This document shows positions 9,476-17,487 of a stretch of DNA of 17,487 nt, one piece after another. Position 1 is the stretch's first letter. Each line of letters starts with the position of its first letter. A program made the translations under genes and the position numbers. Source of the stretch: Azolla caroliniana. Taxonomy: Eukaryota; Plantae; Polypodiophyta. The stretch covers positions 1 through 17,487 of the forward strand of contig JBHGNT010000694.1 of the NCBI GenBank assembly GCA_043228905.1, in the 5' to 3' direction. The notes under the pieces were generated by a model. It was not told the origin of the DNA, searched no databases, and saw only the letters and a list, made by a program, of their open reading frames with translations.

Positions 9476-11520
9476 TTCAAATTTTATGGTGTGGGAGTTC
9501 AGGGGGAGTGATGGATTTGGTGGGGGTGTAAAAGATTTTATGGGGTTATTTGAAAATGTGTGATGTGGGAGTTAGGGAGGGTGATGTATAGTGGTGGGTA
9601 GGAAAAGATTTTATAGGGATCTTTGAAAAAGTGATGGGGGGTATGAGAGGGGTAAGAAGTGAAAAGGGGGGGTAGAGTGGAAATCAAAACTGGTATATAA
9701 TTCTCTGAGTTTGTTGAATTGTGAATACCAAAACTGGTATAATTGAGTGAAACTCACATGTACATACTTTGGTACTAGGCAAACCTCAGCCATGCAAAAG
9801 AAGAGGATAAAGGAGTTAAGACTGATGACAAGTTTGTTCCAATTGAGGTAAGTTGTCTTTCCTTCTTAATGGAAATTATTTTGATCAATGTGAAAGAGGT
9901 CCTGGGAGACAAACGAAGCCTTCTGTTTTTTCCTGCAAGGTATCTGCAGAATTAAAGGAGAAGTCTTTGCAAGCCAAAACCCGTGGTGATGAAGCGTTTA
10001 AAAACAAGAATTATATGGCTGCTGTGGATGCATATACACAGGTGAGCACACAATATGTAGCTTTAAATTTCCAGGCCTATATTGCAATGATTACTGGGAG
10101 GCAAAGGAATGAAAGGATTGCTGATGTCAACTTTTAGGGAAGGGTGCTTTTTCCTAATTATATGGTTTTTGATATTTCAAATGCATGTTTCACACTTTCC
10201 AGAACACTGTTATTCTAGCTTGAATATGTTGCTAATATCAAAGAATATTGCTTCTGTGCTAGCATGTGTGTTGATAACATGCAGAACGGGTGTTCAAACA
10301 TTGTGTGAAATGTACCATTGTGACACTGAGTACTAAATGCACTCTTCCTTATTTTGAGAACAATGCATTTTTGTAGCTTGAGCTACATGACTTGATTTCA
10401 AGAATGGCAGTTCAGTGCCAGCATATATGTCCATGCCATGGAGTATAAATGTTCAAATCTTTTCGTTTTCTTTGGGGGAAAACTATGAAATATCACCCAA
10501 GTTTCTTTCGATGACCAGATGCCTGTCATCAGAGCATTGCATGTGTGCATAATCACATAATGCATACATAACACAATTGAATAATGCGATTATTTTTTGA
10601 CAGGCGCTAGATTTGGATCCACACAATGCAATTATTTTATCTAATCGGAGCCTATGCTGGATGAGAACTGGGCAACTTGAATTTGCACTTACTGATGCCA
10701 AGTTGGTAAGGCAGATTCGTCCCGACTGGGCAAAAGGATGCTATAGAGAAGGGTCTGCCCTTCGTCTTTTGCAGGTTTGCATTTTTTTCTCTTAATTCAG
10801 TGGTGCTGTATGAGATAATCATAATATGCACATGGGTACCTTTGAAGGTTTTTTGGGAGCATTTCGCTAAATATTATGAAATCTTGATAGCTAACCTAAA
10901 CTTTCCCCAACCATTTAAATTTTTAGGACGTTCAGGAGTTTCCTTATTATTGTCCCCTTGGTATGTTGTCTGATGCAGAAATATGAGGAAGCAGCAAATG
11001 CATTCTATGAGGGTGTAAAGCTTGACCCAAATAATAAGGAACTTGTTGATGCTTTCAGGTTTGATTACTCATATGAACGAGTTTATATATGTATATCTGA
11101 AATCCTCTGAAATGATTGTATATATCACAATTTTAAAAGGTTGTCCCAGCCTTATTTGAATTCCCGTGGTTCTTTGGGTTCATAATGATTGATTTTTGGG
11201 GGTATGAGAACAATATTATGCATCTTGAAGTGCTACATGAGTTCATTTTAGTACAGGACAGAATAAGGTACTACAGTGTCCCATCTCTCCGTGATATATA
11301 TTAGAATTTATTTAAAGCTAGATTGCGTTATGTGACAAAACAGGCATATACAAATGTCTCACTTTTTCTGGGGAGAGATAGAGGTGGATGGAGAGTGTTA
11401 TCTATTGAGATATAAATCACTACAAAGGACATCGAGTCCAGACATTGTTTTCTTGTTTGCAGGGAGGCAGTTGAGGCAGGGAAAAGGTTTTATGCTGATA
11501 AATCTGAAGACAAGTGCTAA
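2811..11520 (+). CDS. TPR10: Ankyrin repeat + TPR domain protein (TPR10/AT3G04710-like), 13 coding exons, 463 aa; join(2811-2847,4591-4653,4904-5074,5278-5412,6820-6959,7055-7141,7559-7684,7759-7911,9779-9847,9940-10041,10604-10774,10979-11058,11463-11520)
   Basis: Spliced by hand: every intron is GT..AG, phases match, and the total is 1392 nt with no internal stop. The product has ankyrin motifs ([53 protein letters not shown]) followed by TPR motifs ([38 protein letters not shown]). It is colinear with Arabidopsis TPR10 as I recall it; orthology was not computed. Confidence 0.93.
2861..2890. repeat. (CTT)10 microsatellite at the start of intron 1
   Basis: Directly visible. Confidence 0.95.
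3179..3700. repeat. Diverged ~157-bp tandem repeat (~3.3 units) in intron 1
   Basis: Unit starts at 3179, 3334, 3491 and 3648 (tcatg/tcctg..ttt(a)atc). Recurring motifs tagatattttct, ttaag, caacaa (3259, 3418, 3578) and acattt..gat. Confidence 0.7.
4591..4653 (+). CDS. TPR10: ANK-TPR gene exon 2 ([21 protein letters not shown])
   Basis: Acceptor ttttgtacag; donor AAG|GTATGC; 63 nt, phase 1-1. Confidence 0.92.
4904..5074 (+). CDS. TPR10: ANK-TPR gene exon 3 (EAAQSF...[25 protein letters not shown]...DND)
   Basis: Acceptor tttttgcag; donor G|GTGAGC; ankyrin repeat; 171 nt. Confidence 0.94.
5278..5412 (+). CDS. TPR10: ANK-TPR gene exon 4 ([45 protein letters not shown])
   Basis: Acceptor ttgcatag; donor G|GTATGG; ankyrin consensus; 135 nt; not in the ORF track. 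Confidence 0.94.
6820..6959 (+). CDS. TPR10: ANK-TPR gene exon 5 ([47 protein letters not shown])
   Basis: Acceptor tttaatag; donor GAT|GTAAGT; 140 nt, phase 1-0. Confidence 0.94.
7055..7141 (+). CDS. TPR10: ANK-TPR gene exon 6 ([29 protein letters not shown])
   Basis: Acceptor ttcctgcag; donor GAG|GTGCTT; 87 nt. Confidence 0.92.
7559..7684 (+). CDS. TPR10: ANK-TPR gene exon 7 ([42 protein letters not shown])
   Basis: Acceptor atatgcag; donor GAG|GTAACA; 126 nt. Confidence 0.94.
7759..7911 (+). CDS. TPR10: ANK-TPR gene exon 8 ([13 protein letters not shown]...[20 protein letters not shown])
   Basis: Acceptor tcctacag; donor CAG|GTTGGT; 153 nt. Confidence 0.92.
8242..8295. repeat. 27-bp tandem duplication at the 5' junction of the RPS7 retrocopy
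   Basis: cagggggtaatgtaactgctctgatgc (8242-8268) and cagggggtaatgtaactgctctgttgc (8269-8295) are 26/27 identical. Confidence 0.95.
8288..8784 (+). pseudogene. RPS7: Processed (intronless) pseudogene of 40S ribosomal protein S7/eS7, 5'-truncated and frameshifted, nested in intron 8 of the ANK-TPR gene; probable 3'UTR continues to ~9004
   Basis: 8288-8490 reads [68 protein letters not shown]. After a frameshifting deletion of the GKDVV region at 8490/8491, a second frame reads [13 protein letters not shown]...[10 protein letters not shown]...EYKLETF...FEYPVQDAA*. No start codon and no introns; several Arg codons appear as TGC. Confidence 0.95.
9004..9029. repeat. (GA)13 microsatellite at the junction of the RPS7 3'UTR and the hammerhead element
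   Basis: Perfect AG run following aaaa. Confidence 0.97.
9143..9204 (-). ncRNA. Minimal type I hammerhead ribozyme, copy A (predicted GUU cleavage between 9160 and 9159)
   Basis: Minus strand reads AAAUGGUCAUGUGCA-CUGAUGA-GCUCC UUA GGAGC-GAAA-C UA G-UU^UGCCACAUCGACCAUUU. It has the full catalytic core, a 5-bp stem II, a palindromic ACUAGU mini stem III, and a 15-bp stem I with two single-C bulges. Confidence 0.88.
9303..9364 (-). ncRNA. Minimal type I hammerhead ribozyme, copy B (predicted GUU cleavage between 9320 and 9319)
   Basis: Identical to copy A, offset by exactly 160 bp. Confidence 0.88.
9378..9385 (-). promoter_or_regulatory. TATA-box-like TATATAAA 13 nt upstream of hammerhead copy B
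   Basis: Plus strand gtttatataggg (9377-9388) is CCCTATATAAAC on the minus strand, a good match to the plant TATA consensus, oriented toward the ribozymes. Confidence 0.45.
9404..9473. repeat. (GA)~35 microsatellite
   Basis: Perfect AG/GA run. Confidence 0.98.
9490..9655. repeat. G-rich imperfect tandem repeat, ~71-74 bp x ~2.3
   Basis: Units start at 9490, 9564 and 9635 and share tgtgggagtt...gtgatg...tggtggg...aaaagattttat.ggg...tttgaaaa. Confidence 0.8.
9779..9847 (+). CDS. TPR10: ANK-TPR gene exon 9, linker ([23 protein letters not shown])
   Basis: Acceptor ggtactag; strong donor GAG|GTAAGT; 69 nt, phase 0-0, open. Fills the charged linker between the ANK and TPR domains. The 5' boundary is less certain because the linker is poorly conserved. 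Confidence 0.75.
9940..10041 (+). CDS. TPR10: ANK-TPR gene exon 10 ([34 protein letters not shown])
   Basis: Acceptor ttttttcctgcaag (AAG type); donor CAG|GTGAGC; first TPR; 102 nt. Confidence 0.88.
10604..10774 (+). CDS. TPR10: ANK-TPR gene exon 11 ([24 protein letters not shown]...[17 protein letters not shown])
   Basis: Acceptor ttttgacag; donor CAG|GTTTGC; TPR consensus; 171 nt. Confidence 0.94.
10979..11058 (+). CDS. TPR10: ANK-TPR gene exon 12 ([27 protein letters not shown])
   Basis: Acceptor tgatgcag; donor CAG|GTTTGA; 80 nt, phase 0-2. Confidence 0.93.
11463..11520 (+). CDS. TPR10: ANK-TPR gene terminal exon 13 ([18 protein letters not shown])
   Basis: Acceptor ttgtttgcag; TAA at 11518-11520; matches the TPR10-type C-terminus (REAV.AGRKF). 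Confidence 0.92.
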
Positions 11521-11751
11521 CTGACTACGAAGCATGCTTTCCATGCAACAGAAAGAAGTTAAACCCACACATCTTTTTTTATTAATCTTATTTTCAAGAT
11601 ATTCAAAATTTGGGATAGAAAAAAGGGGTAATTTTGAAAATACCCTCGTGTAAATGGTGAATGTCAATTCTACCGTTTTTAAATCATAATGTTCTATGTT
11701 TCTACATTATGAAACCAACATTTAACAATGAGCTCATTATCCTGAAGAGAA

Positions 11752-11855
11752 TCTTTTACATTTCATATGACTTGGACATCATTGATAGTCTGATATTGAA
11801 AGGTCTTTTACATTCATAAATCAAGGACTAGGACCTCATTGATGATCTGATATTG
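11752..11855. repeat. Imperfect ~52-bp direct repeat downstream of the stop codon
   Basis: tcttttacatt(t)cata...gact.ggac.tcattgat..tctgatattg at 11752-11798 and 11804-11855. Confidence 0.8.
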
Positions 11856-12229
11856 GTCGAACTTGTGTCACTGTTCAATGGCTAGGACAGCCTTTCCATC
11901 ATAGCTGGGTTCAAAGGAACCTTAGTTGTGAGCATGCAGACATTAGTATATGATGGCTAATTTCCTGGCAAATTTATCACTCCTGCACAACCTTTATACC
12001 AAAGACTGATGAATTAATTTGTATCTCGTCTTGCTGATGCTGGCATAAAAACAAATGTAAAAACCATGATATATATTTGTCTTTGCTATACTGAGCATTA
12101 AAATCTTTCGTTTTTGGTCATCATTAGTGATTTGTGGTAGAAAGTCTTTTTGCAATTGTTGTTGCTTAATTTTAAACACATCTCTAAGATTTATGTTCAT
12201 GTTTGTTTGGAGTAAAACAAATTTGGTAT

Positions 12230-13460
12230 ATGGTTCCCAAGAAGCAAAAGACAATCACTGCTATCCACTTATCAAATGAAGGTGCCTTGTTTGTAGATAT
12301 TGCAATAAGGTAATAATTTTCAAGATGACATTGATCCAGTAGGATGTAGCATGGGACTTAATTGAGAATGTAATGATCCCTCAAAACCTTGCAAACATGT
12401 AACTTTTGCAATCCAAAAATGCTACGATTAAATGGGAAGTTAATGATAGTAAATTATGAAAGGATTTAGATAGAATGGAAAATAAAAAATTCTTGCGTAT
12501 TTTTTGTGGTAAAGAAGTACTTCAATGTTTGATGCATTGGGTAATGGCCATCAATATGTTACAATTCAACTTGATTTGATTTTGTAAATGGCATGTTAGA
12601 TGGAGAAACAATTAAACATATTTGGGACATATACATGGCAAAATTATTTGTTTGGATAGGCACTAATGTCAAATCCTAAAGAGTATGCACCACATTAATC
12701 ACCATATGGCATATGGCTTTGTGGGCAATGTCTATCAAATAGGGAAACACAATAAAGATGCATGAGGAAGTCACCTTTTCACTCAGTGTATGACAGTATT
12801 GATACAAGACATTAGAAATGGAAATTACAATCTATAGGATATATTTAAAATGCAATGGACTTGGTTCCAAGAATTATATTTTTTCATGGGTTCATTACAA
12901 TTACCATATTTGAAAGGAACCATAATATTTGATGCATTGAGAAAGTTCTTAATGAAAAAGGTTTGTGTGAAAGAAATAGCATGACAATGACAATAGATGG
13001 TGCTAATGCAAATGTGGTGTAGTGGGACACATGCAATAACAGAGTCCAAATGTTCTTAGAATTCATTTTCTAGCTTTTAGTGAAGCTTTGGTTGTTAAAG
13101 GTTTATGTAAAACATAGGAGGAGCTATTATTGGTGGAAAAGGTTGGCTAATAAAAAAAGTCCACTCTTAGTTGAAAAGTTCCACAAAATGCTACAATGCA
13201 TTTATGAACTTTTAAAAAGTCATGGATCTAGAGGCTAATCTACCTCTCCGGTTTAATGGGGTTACATGGTTATCTCGTGGTGATATTATGGTCCATATTC
13301 GTCTAATAATGCCTTCAATTCCAATTCTTGATAGTAAGAAAATAAAAAAACTTATTGATTAGCACAATAGAACTTAGGATACATAGTGATTGATTTCATT
13401 TTGTAAGCAAGCAAATGTATGATCCAAGATGAATAGTTTGAATATGCAGTTGCAAAGTAT
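12230..13460 (+). mobile_element. Highly degenerate hAT-superfamily (ZNF862/DUF4371-like) transposase remnant
   Basis: Across frameshifts, in the expected order: SPFHS..DSID.., IIFDALRKFL, MTIDGANA (cf. TDGA), PNVLRIHFLAFSEALVVK (cf. IHC.AHREALA), VTWLSRGDIM..I..IMPSI (cf. VRWLSR), MNSLNMQLQ. Best supported at 12770-13320; the outer limits are approximate and no TIRs were seen. Confidence 0.65.
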
Positions 13461-13808
13461 TGGACTTGAGCATTGTTTGTGGAGTTGTGGTTTTGATATG
13501 GACATTATGGAAACGCATCATAGCATTATTAATATCGGTATATCCTCGAGTAGTGTATACATGGGGAGCGGTATCATGGGCGGTGGTACAAGATAAACCT
13601 ATGGTATATGAACAAGAGGAGGTTGCAGATGCTATTGTGATCAGACATGGTTTGATGGGGAAATTTTTGATACCTTTGAATCCACAAAAAGAGATTGATA
13701 AACCTCAAATTTGGGAAGTGGTAAGCGGTATTACAATTTACAAATTGGTATATTTCGAAGACTCGATGTCTGAAGGTATTTCAAAATGTGACTGAAAGAC
13801 CAGCCCAA

Positions 13809-14169
13809 TTTCGGATTCGATGGAAACAACAGTGTAGACAGGTCTTCTCCAACCAAACCGGAAACAACAGTGTAGACAGGTCTTCTCCAACCAAACCGCG
13901 CATCTAACAATGTTACTACTACAAGAGATATGGAGTGAAATTGTAGCCACTCTAAAGAGCCAATATGATGGCCTCAAGGGCGGCTCCGATGGAGTTGAAA
14001 GACAACGAATAGCCTTCATCCAACAATGGTCGTCCTCTCCCTTTCTTGAGTCAGTGGGCATCCACATGAGATGGAACTATCACGTCCCTACAGGGATTTG
14101 TACATAATAATCACATTTGTAAAATTTTATAACTAATGGAAGGAGTTCTTTTTTTTGGAAAAAAAAAAA
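13809..14169 (+). mobile_element. Short 5'-truncated L1 LINE 3' end with poly(A), nested in the older L1
   Basis: Reads WKQQCRQVFSNQTAHLTMLLLQEIWSEIVATLKSQYDGLKGGSD...FIQQWSSSPFL...WNYHVP. A11 at 14159-14169. Degenerate flanking direct repeat aaagaccagcccaa (13795-13808) / aaagacatgtccaa (14167-14180). Confidence 0.78.
13822..13898. repeat. Exact 38-bp tandem duplication inside the nested L1 fragment
   Basis: ggaaacaacagtgtagacaggtcttctccaaccaaacc at 13822-13859 and 13860-13897. Confidence 0.97.
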
Positions 14170-14677
14170 GACATGTCCAAATAATTTATGGGATTTGGAC
14201 AAAGATTGTGCATAATCTCAAAGGTTTGTTGGATAGTATAAACGGTAATACGCAACAAATGGAGCTTAAGCGATTGGAGTTTCATGCCATTTGGGACATA
14301 GGTATATTTTATAGATGGCTTTTTGATAAGGTGGAGTGGTTTTACTCTGCACGAAAGTATTTATTTAAGCCGATGGTTAGGATTTTAAAAAAGGGGGATT
14401 TGTGGTATATCTTGTACGTATAGCCTTACATGTTTTCTAATACTAATGTCGTATCTTTTTTTGGAAAAAAAGAAGAAAGTATTGAACTTGATTTGTATTG
14501 TTTGCACTATTGAGCTTAACTTCCTCAAATTTATTCATGCATTTTTAAGGCCATATTAGTTCAAAAATGGAACAAAGTAGTCTTGATACATATACAAATA
14601 GTACATGAATCCCCCCAATATTTCATGCTTTGTTCAATTTGAGGAATGCATTAAACTAAGGATTTTATGTGGGCACA

Positions 14678-16541
14678 TTTTTTTTTTCCCAAAAAAAAAC
14701 TACTTCCATTAGTTAAGCAATGTACAAAGGATAATTTACAACTCATATCTTATAAGACATCTTGCATGTCAAAGGAAAACAATATGTGTAGATGAAACAA
14801 CAAAAAAACAACTCCAAAGCACCACATCATTCGATGTGTATAGCGTTACTCGACGCATATTCTCCATGTGAGCCTCATACCAGCAGAATTCAGCATAGAT
14901 GTCCTCCATTCGCTCCTCATGGCAGCACCCATCTAGATGTTAGGTACACTTGGAGGGAACAACCACCGTGGTGGTTGATAATTCCACTTCACTTTACCAT
15001 CCATTATATGTAGCATTGACGAACCGCTCCATTTCAACAAGAAACGAGCTCTCGCTTCTTCACTTGCGTTAGATGGCCCTTGAAGACTTTCAAACTCACC
15101 TCGCAACGTAGAAATAGGATTGAACCAGATCATCATTAGATTCTCAGCCGGTGGGGTTCGTTTACCTGCGAAGGTCTCCCTACACCTAGATACCCACACT
15201 TGCCAGACCGTAAGGTCGACCACTAATACCCATATGTCCACGCAGCGTTCTTGTAAGAAGAATAAACCTCCTTGCACTGGTTGCACAGATCCTTGCATCA
15301 CCTTTAAAGAAGGATTGTTTCCATTCCACCCTTGAAACCACGAGGCCGATTCAATGGCCAACCAAGTGATTGTTGCGCTCGATACATGAACCTCAACCCC
15401 AAACCGAGCCCAATGCCCACCCAGTCTTGGACTCCAGACAATGCTCCTATTATGTATCAATGTTTTCCATAACTCGTTACCAGGTAGCAAGCTCCTTACC
15501 AATACCTTACATAACAATGCCTGACTCTGCAATCCAAGGTCAATCAATGCTAAACCCCCCTTACTCTTGGGAAGAACCAACGTAGACCATGATACTTTGG
15601 TTGCCGCGTTGTCTTTCCTCATCCCAGCCCAAAGGAATCCCCTAATACACGCTTTAACATTACGAATAGCTTGCTTGTCAAACATCCACACTGAAACTGC
15701 ATGCCATAACGTAGACAAGAGCACATGGTTAGCTACTATGATCTTGCCAGCCAATGATAAGTTCATCCCTGACCAGTTGCGAATTTTGTCACAGATTTTG
15801 CTTTGAATTTGTTGCAACTGAATTCCTTTGTCGATATCTACCCCAATCCACGTTCCCATATACCTAGTGGCTTCCCCGTTTGCAATCCATTTGAATTCAG
15901 CATTTAGCTTCCAAACAGGCTTGGACTCCAAGCTGATCCAAAAACCCTTGGACTTCTTCCAATTGATGGATGCTCCCGATGCCTTGCAAAAGAGCTCAAT
16001 AGCACTCGGTGCCCTCTCAAGATTCGCTTCATTTCCTTGGAGGTATAACATCGTATCATCCACGAACTCCGAGTCCAGCAGGGACTTCCTTGAATTAGGG
16101 ATCAAAAGACCATGAAGATTTGCCCCTTGATTGTTAAAAAGGGCAGACATTGCTTCAGTAATAAAAAGGAAAAGAAATGGGGCAAGAGGACAACCCTACT
16201 TGATGGATCGAGTTAGAAAGATTCGAGCTCCTTTCCTCCCTGCAATCAACACCTTACTCGAGCCATTCCTATATAAGGCTTGGGCAGCACATCTCCACTC
16301 CAAAGGTACCTCAATGACCTTCATCACTTCTTCCAAGAAAGACCATTGCACTCAATCATAGGCTTTCTTGAAGTCGAGCATCAGACATGCTAAGTTTTGA
16401 TTGGTCTCCTTCGCCGTTGCAACAACCTCCCAAAACAAAATCACGTTGTCCATAATAGAACGATGCTCCATGAAACCGGTTTGATTGGACTGGATGATAT
16501 CTCCTAGGAAGGGCTTGATTCTCTGCACTAAAATGCTTGCT
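14678..16541 (-). mobile_element. 5'-truncated L1-clade LINE (ORF2: partial reverse transcriptase to C-terminus), inactivated
   Basis: Minus strand from ~16540 reads ASILVQRIKPFLGDIIQSNQTGFMEHRSIMDNVIL...LDFKKAYD*VQWSFL...SIK*GCPLAPFLFLFITEAM...EFVDDTML...SGASINWKKS...RYMG...LSLAGKIIVANHVLLS...KVSWSTLVLPKSKGGL...WNYQPPRWLFPP*. Two in-frame stops; A-tail seen as T10 at 14678-14687. Confidence 0.93.
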
Positions 16542-17487
16542 TCAATGACTTACCTCTTTTTAATGCAATGAAAATATTTAGTTCATGGTGACATTATGCT
16601 AAAGAGTGAGTAAAAGTGCCTAATTTAGGCTTTGTTAAGGGAAATAATGTCATAGTCTTTTGTTTACCAACTTTGTAAGGCTTAATATTTCCAATCTAGA
16701 ATATTGGTCATAGGTCAAATATATAGAAGAAATATAGACATATTATATTTGTCTGAAACCACGCTTTATAGGTTGAGATTGGAATGTGAAAGAGACCCTT
16801 TTAGGGTTTCCAACTTGTTTGAAAGTGCAAGAGCTTGCATGTCAAAAGGGTTTTGAGTGTCCCATTTTTGGGGTTACATTTTGGTTCCCATTCTCTCTCC
16901 CTTGTATCTATGAATAACTACTTTCCTCCGTGTGGTCTTGCCACGTGATTAATTGAGATATACATACTTCTATTTTAACAATTGTCAATTTAATTGCCAT
17001 GCCTTGTGTTTCTTATCGATTAAGACAAGCAAATTATCTTAATTGGTGTAGTGATTATGTATGTGTTAATTTTAGTTTAACTTAATGAAGACTTCAAGGC
17101 TTCCACGATTTCGAGTCCAGTGGTAAATGCTTTTATGTGTTGAAGTATGATGTGGTCTTTGCCTTTGCTTAATGGCACCCCCGGTCCCTTGGCTAGCCCA
17201 TTGTGAGGAAGGGGACCCATTAGGACTCAATATTGAGTGTAGGAAGGGAAATACTCCAAGGTACGAGTCATCTTGGCCCCTTTGCATGTAAAATGCAATT
17301 GCTCCATTATTATGGATGTACTATAAACAAGGCATGGAGAGTGTTTGGTAGAAGAAATTATGGGCAACTATGTTTCCCGTGCAAAACAAGACTCAACAAG
17401 TGCCTTCAGTGATTTCTCAAGTACACTTAGATGTGAAAGTTGGATTTCATAACAAAATGCCATAAATGCAAATCAAAGAAGCTCCAT

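Larger units (their letters stand above)
9004..9700 (-). mobile_element. Putative non-autonomous Penelope-like/retrozyme-like element (pLTR-like tandem hammerhead unit); boundaries approximate
   Basis: Order on the minus strand: C-rich ~72-bp repeats, (TC)n, CCCTATATAAAC, hammerhead, U-rich tract, hammerhead, U-rich tract, (TC)n. No RT or GIY-YIG ORF is visible. The family assignment is inferred from the hammerhead type only. Confidence 0.6.
13470..14470 (+). mobile_element. Older L1 LINE 3' fragment (ORF2 C-terminus), split at ~13808/14167 by a second L1 insertion
   Basis: The left part reads ...YTWGAVSWAVV...QIWEVVSGITI/WYISKTRCLKVFQNVTERPAQ. It resumes after the insert as QIIYGIWTKIVHNLKGLLDSINGN...EFHAIW...VEWFYSARKYLFKP. 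Both parts are homologous to the C-terminus of the minus-strand ORF at 14933-16150. Ends in ctttttttggaaaaaaa (~14455-14471). Confidence 0.75.

Noticed and set aside
9045-9764. acatgtaca at 9045-9053 and 9756-9764, and caaaactggtata at 9685-9697 and 9729-9741, as target-site duplications of the hammerhead element
   Set aside because: The first is a short near-palindromic 9-mer that can occur by chance; both copies of the second lie on the same side of the element.
11838-11855. TGATGA...CTGA as C/D-box snoRNA boxes
   Set aside because: The boxes are only 1 nt apart, with no guide region or terminal stem; they are part of a local direct repeat.
13822-13898. 38-bp (and 27-bp) direct repeats as CRISPR-like arrays
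   Set aside because: They are adjacent duplications with no spacers, in eukaryotic sequence with no cas genes.
15120-16361. Plus-strand ORFs of 71-95 aa
   Set aside because: Antisense shadows of the LINE ORF2.
17072-17487. 71-aa minus-strand ORF and slightly GC-richer window end
   Set aside because: No recognisable motif in the frames I read, and the region is cut off by the window edge.

Overview
AT-rich, microsatellite-rich eukaryotic DNA from a land plant; a non-seed plant is my guess from the TE repertoire and cannot be proven here. The main feature is a complete 13-exon ankyrin-repeat + TPR gene on + (CDS 2811-11520, 1392 nt, 463 aa, all introns GT-AG and phase-consistent), resembling Arabidopsis TPR10/AT3G04710. 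Its intron 8 (7912-9778) holds a 5'-truncated, frameshifted, intronless RPS7/eS7 retrocopy in sense orientation. Next to that is an antisense, (GA)n-bounded non-coding element with an exact 160-bp tandem duplication. Each copy carries a minimal type I hammerhead ribozyme (CUGAUGA-stem II-GAAA, palindromic ACUAGU stem III, GUU site), typical of Penelope-like elements and non-LTR retrozymes. This is the most interesting signal in the window. The flanks hold decayed TEs: LINE remnants at ~945-1590, a hAT transposase remnant at ~12230-13460, and three L1-type LINE 3' ends at 13470-16541, one nested in another and all sharing a T-run-GG-A-run terminus.
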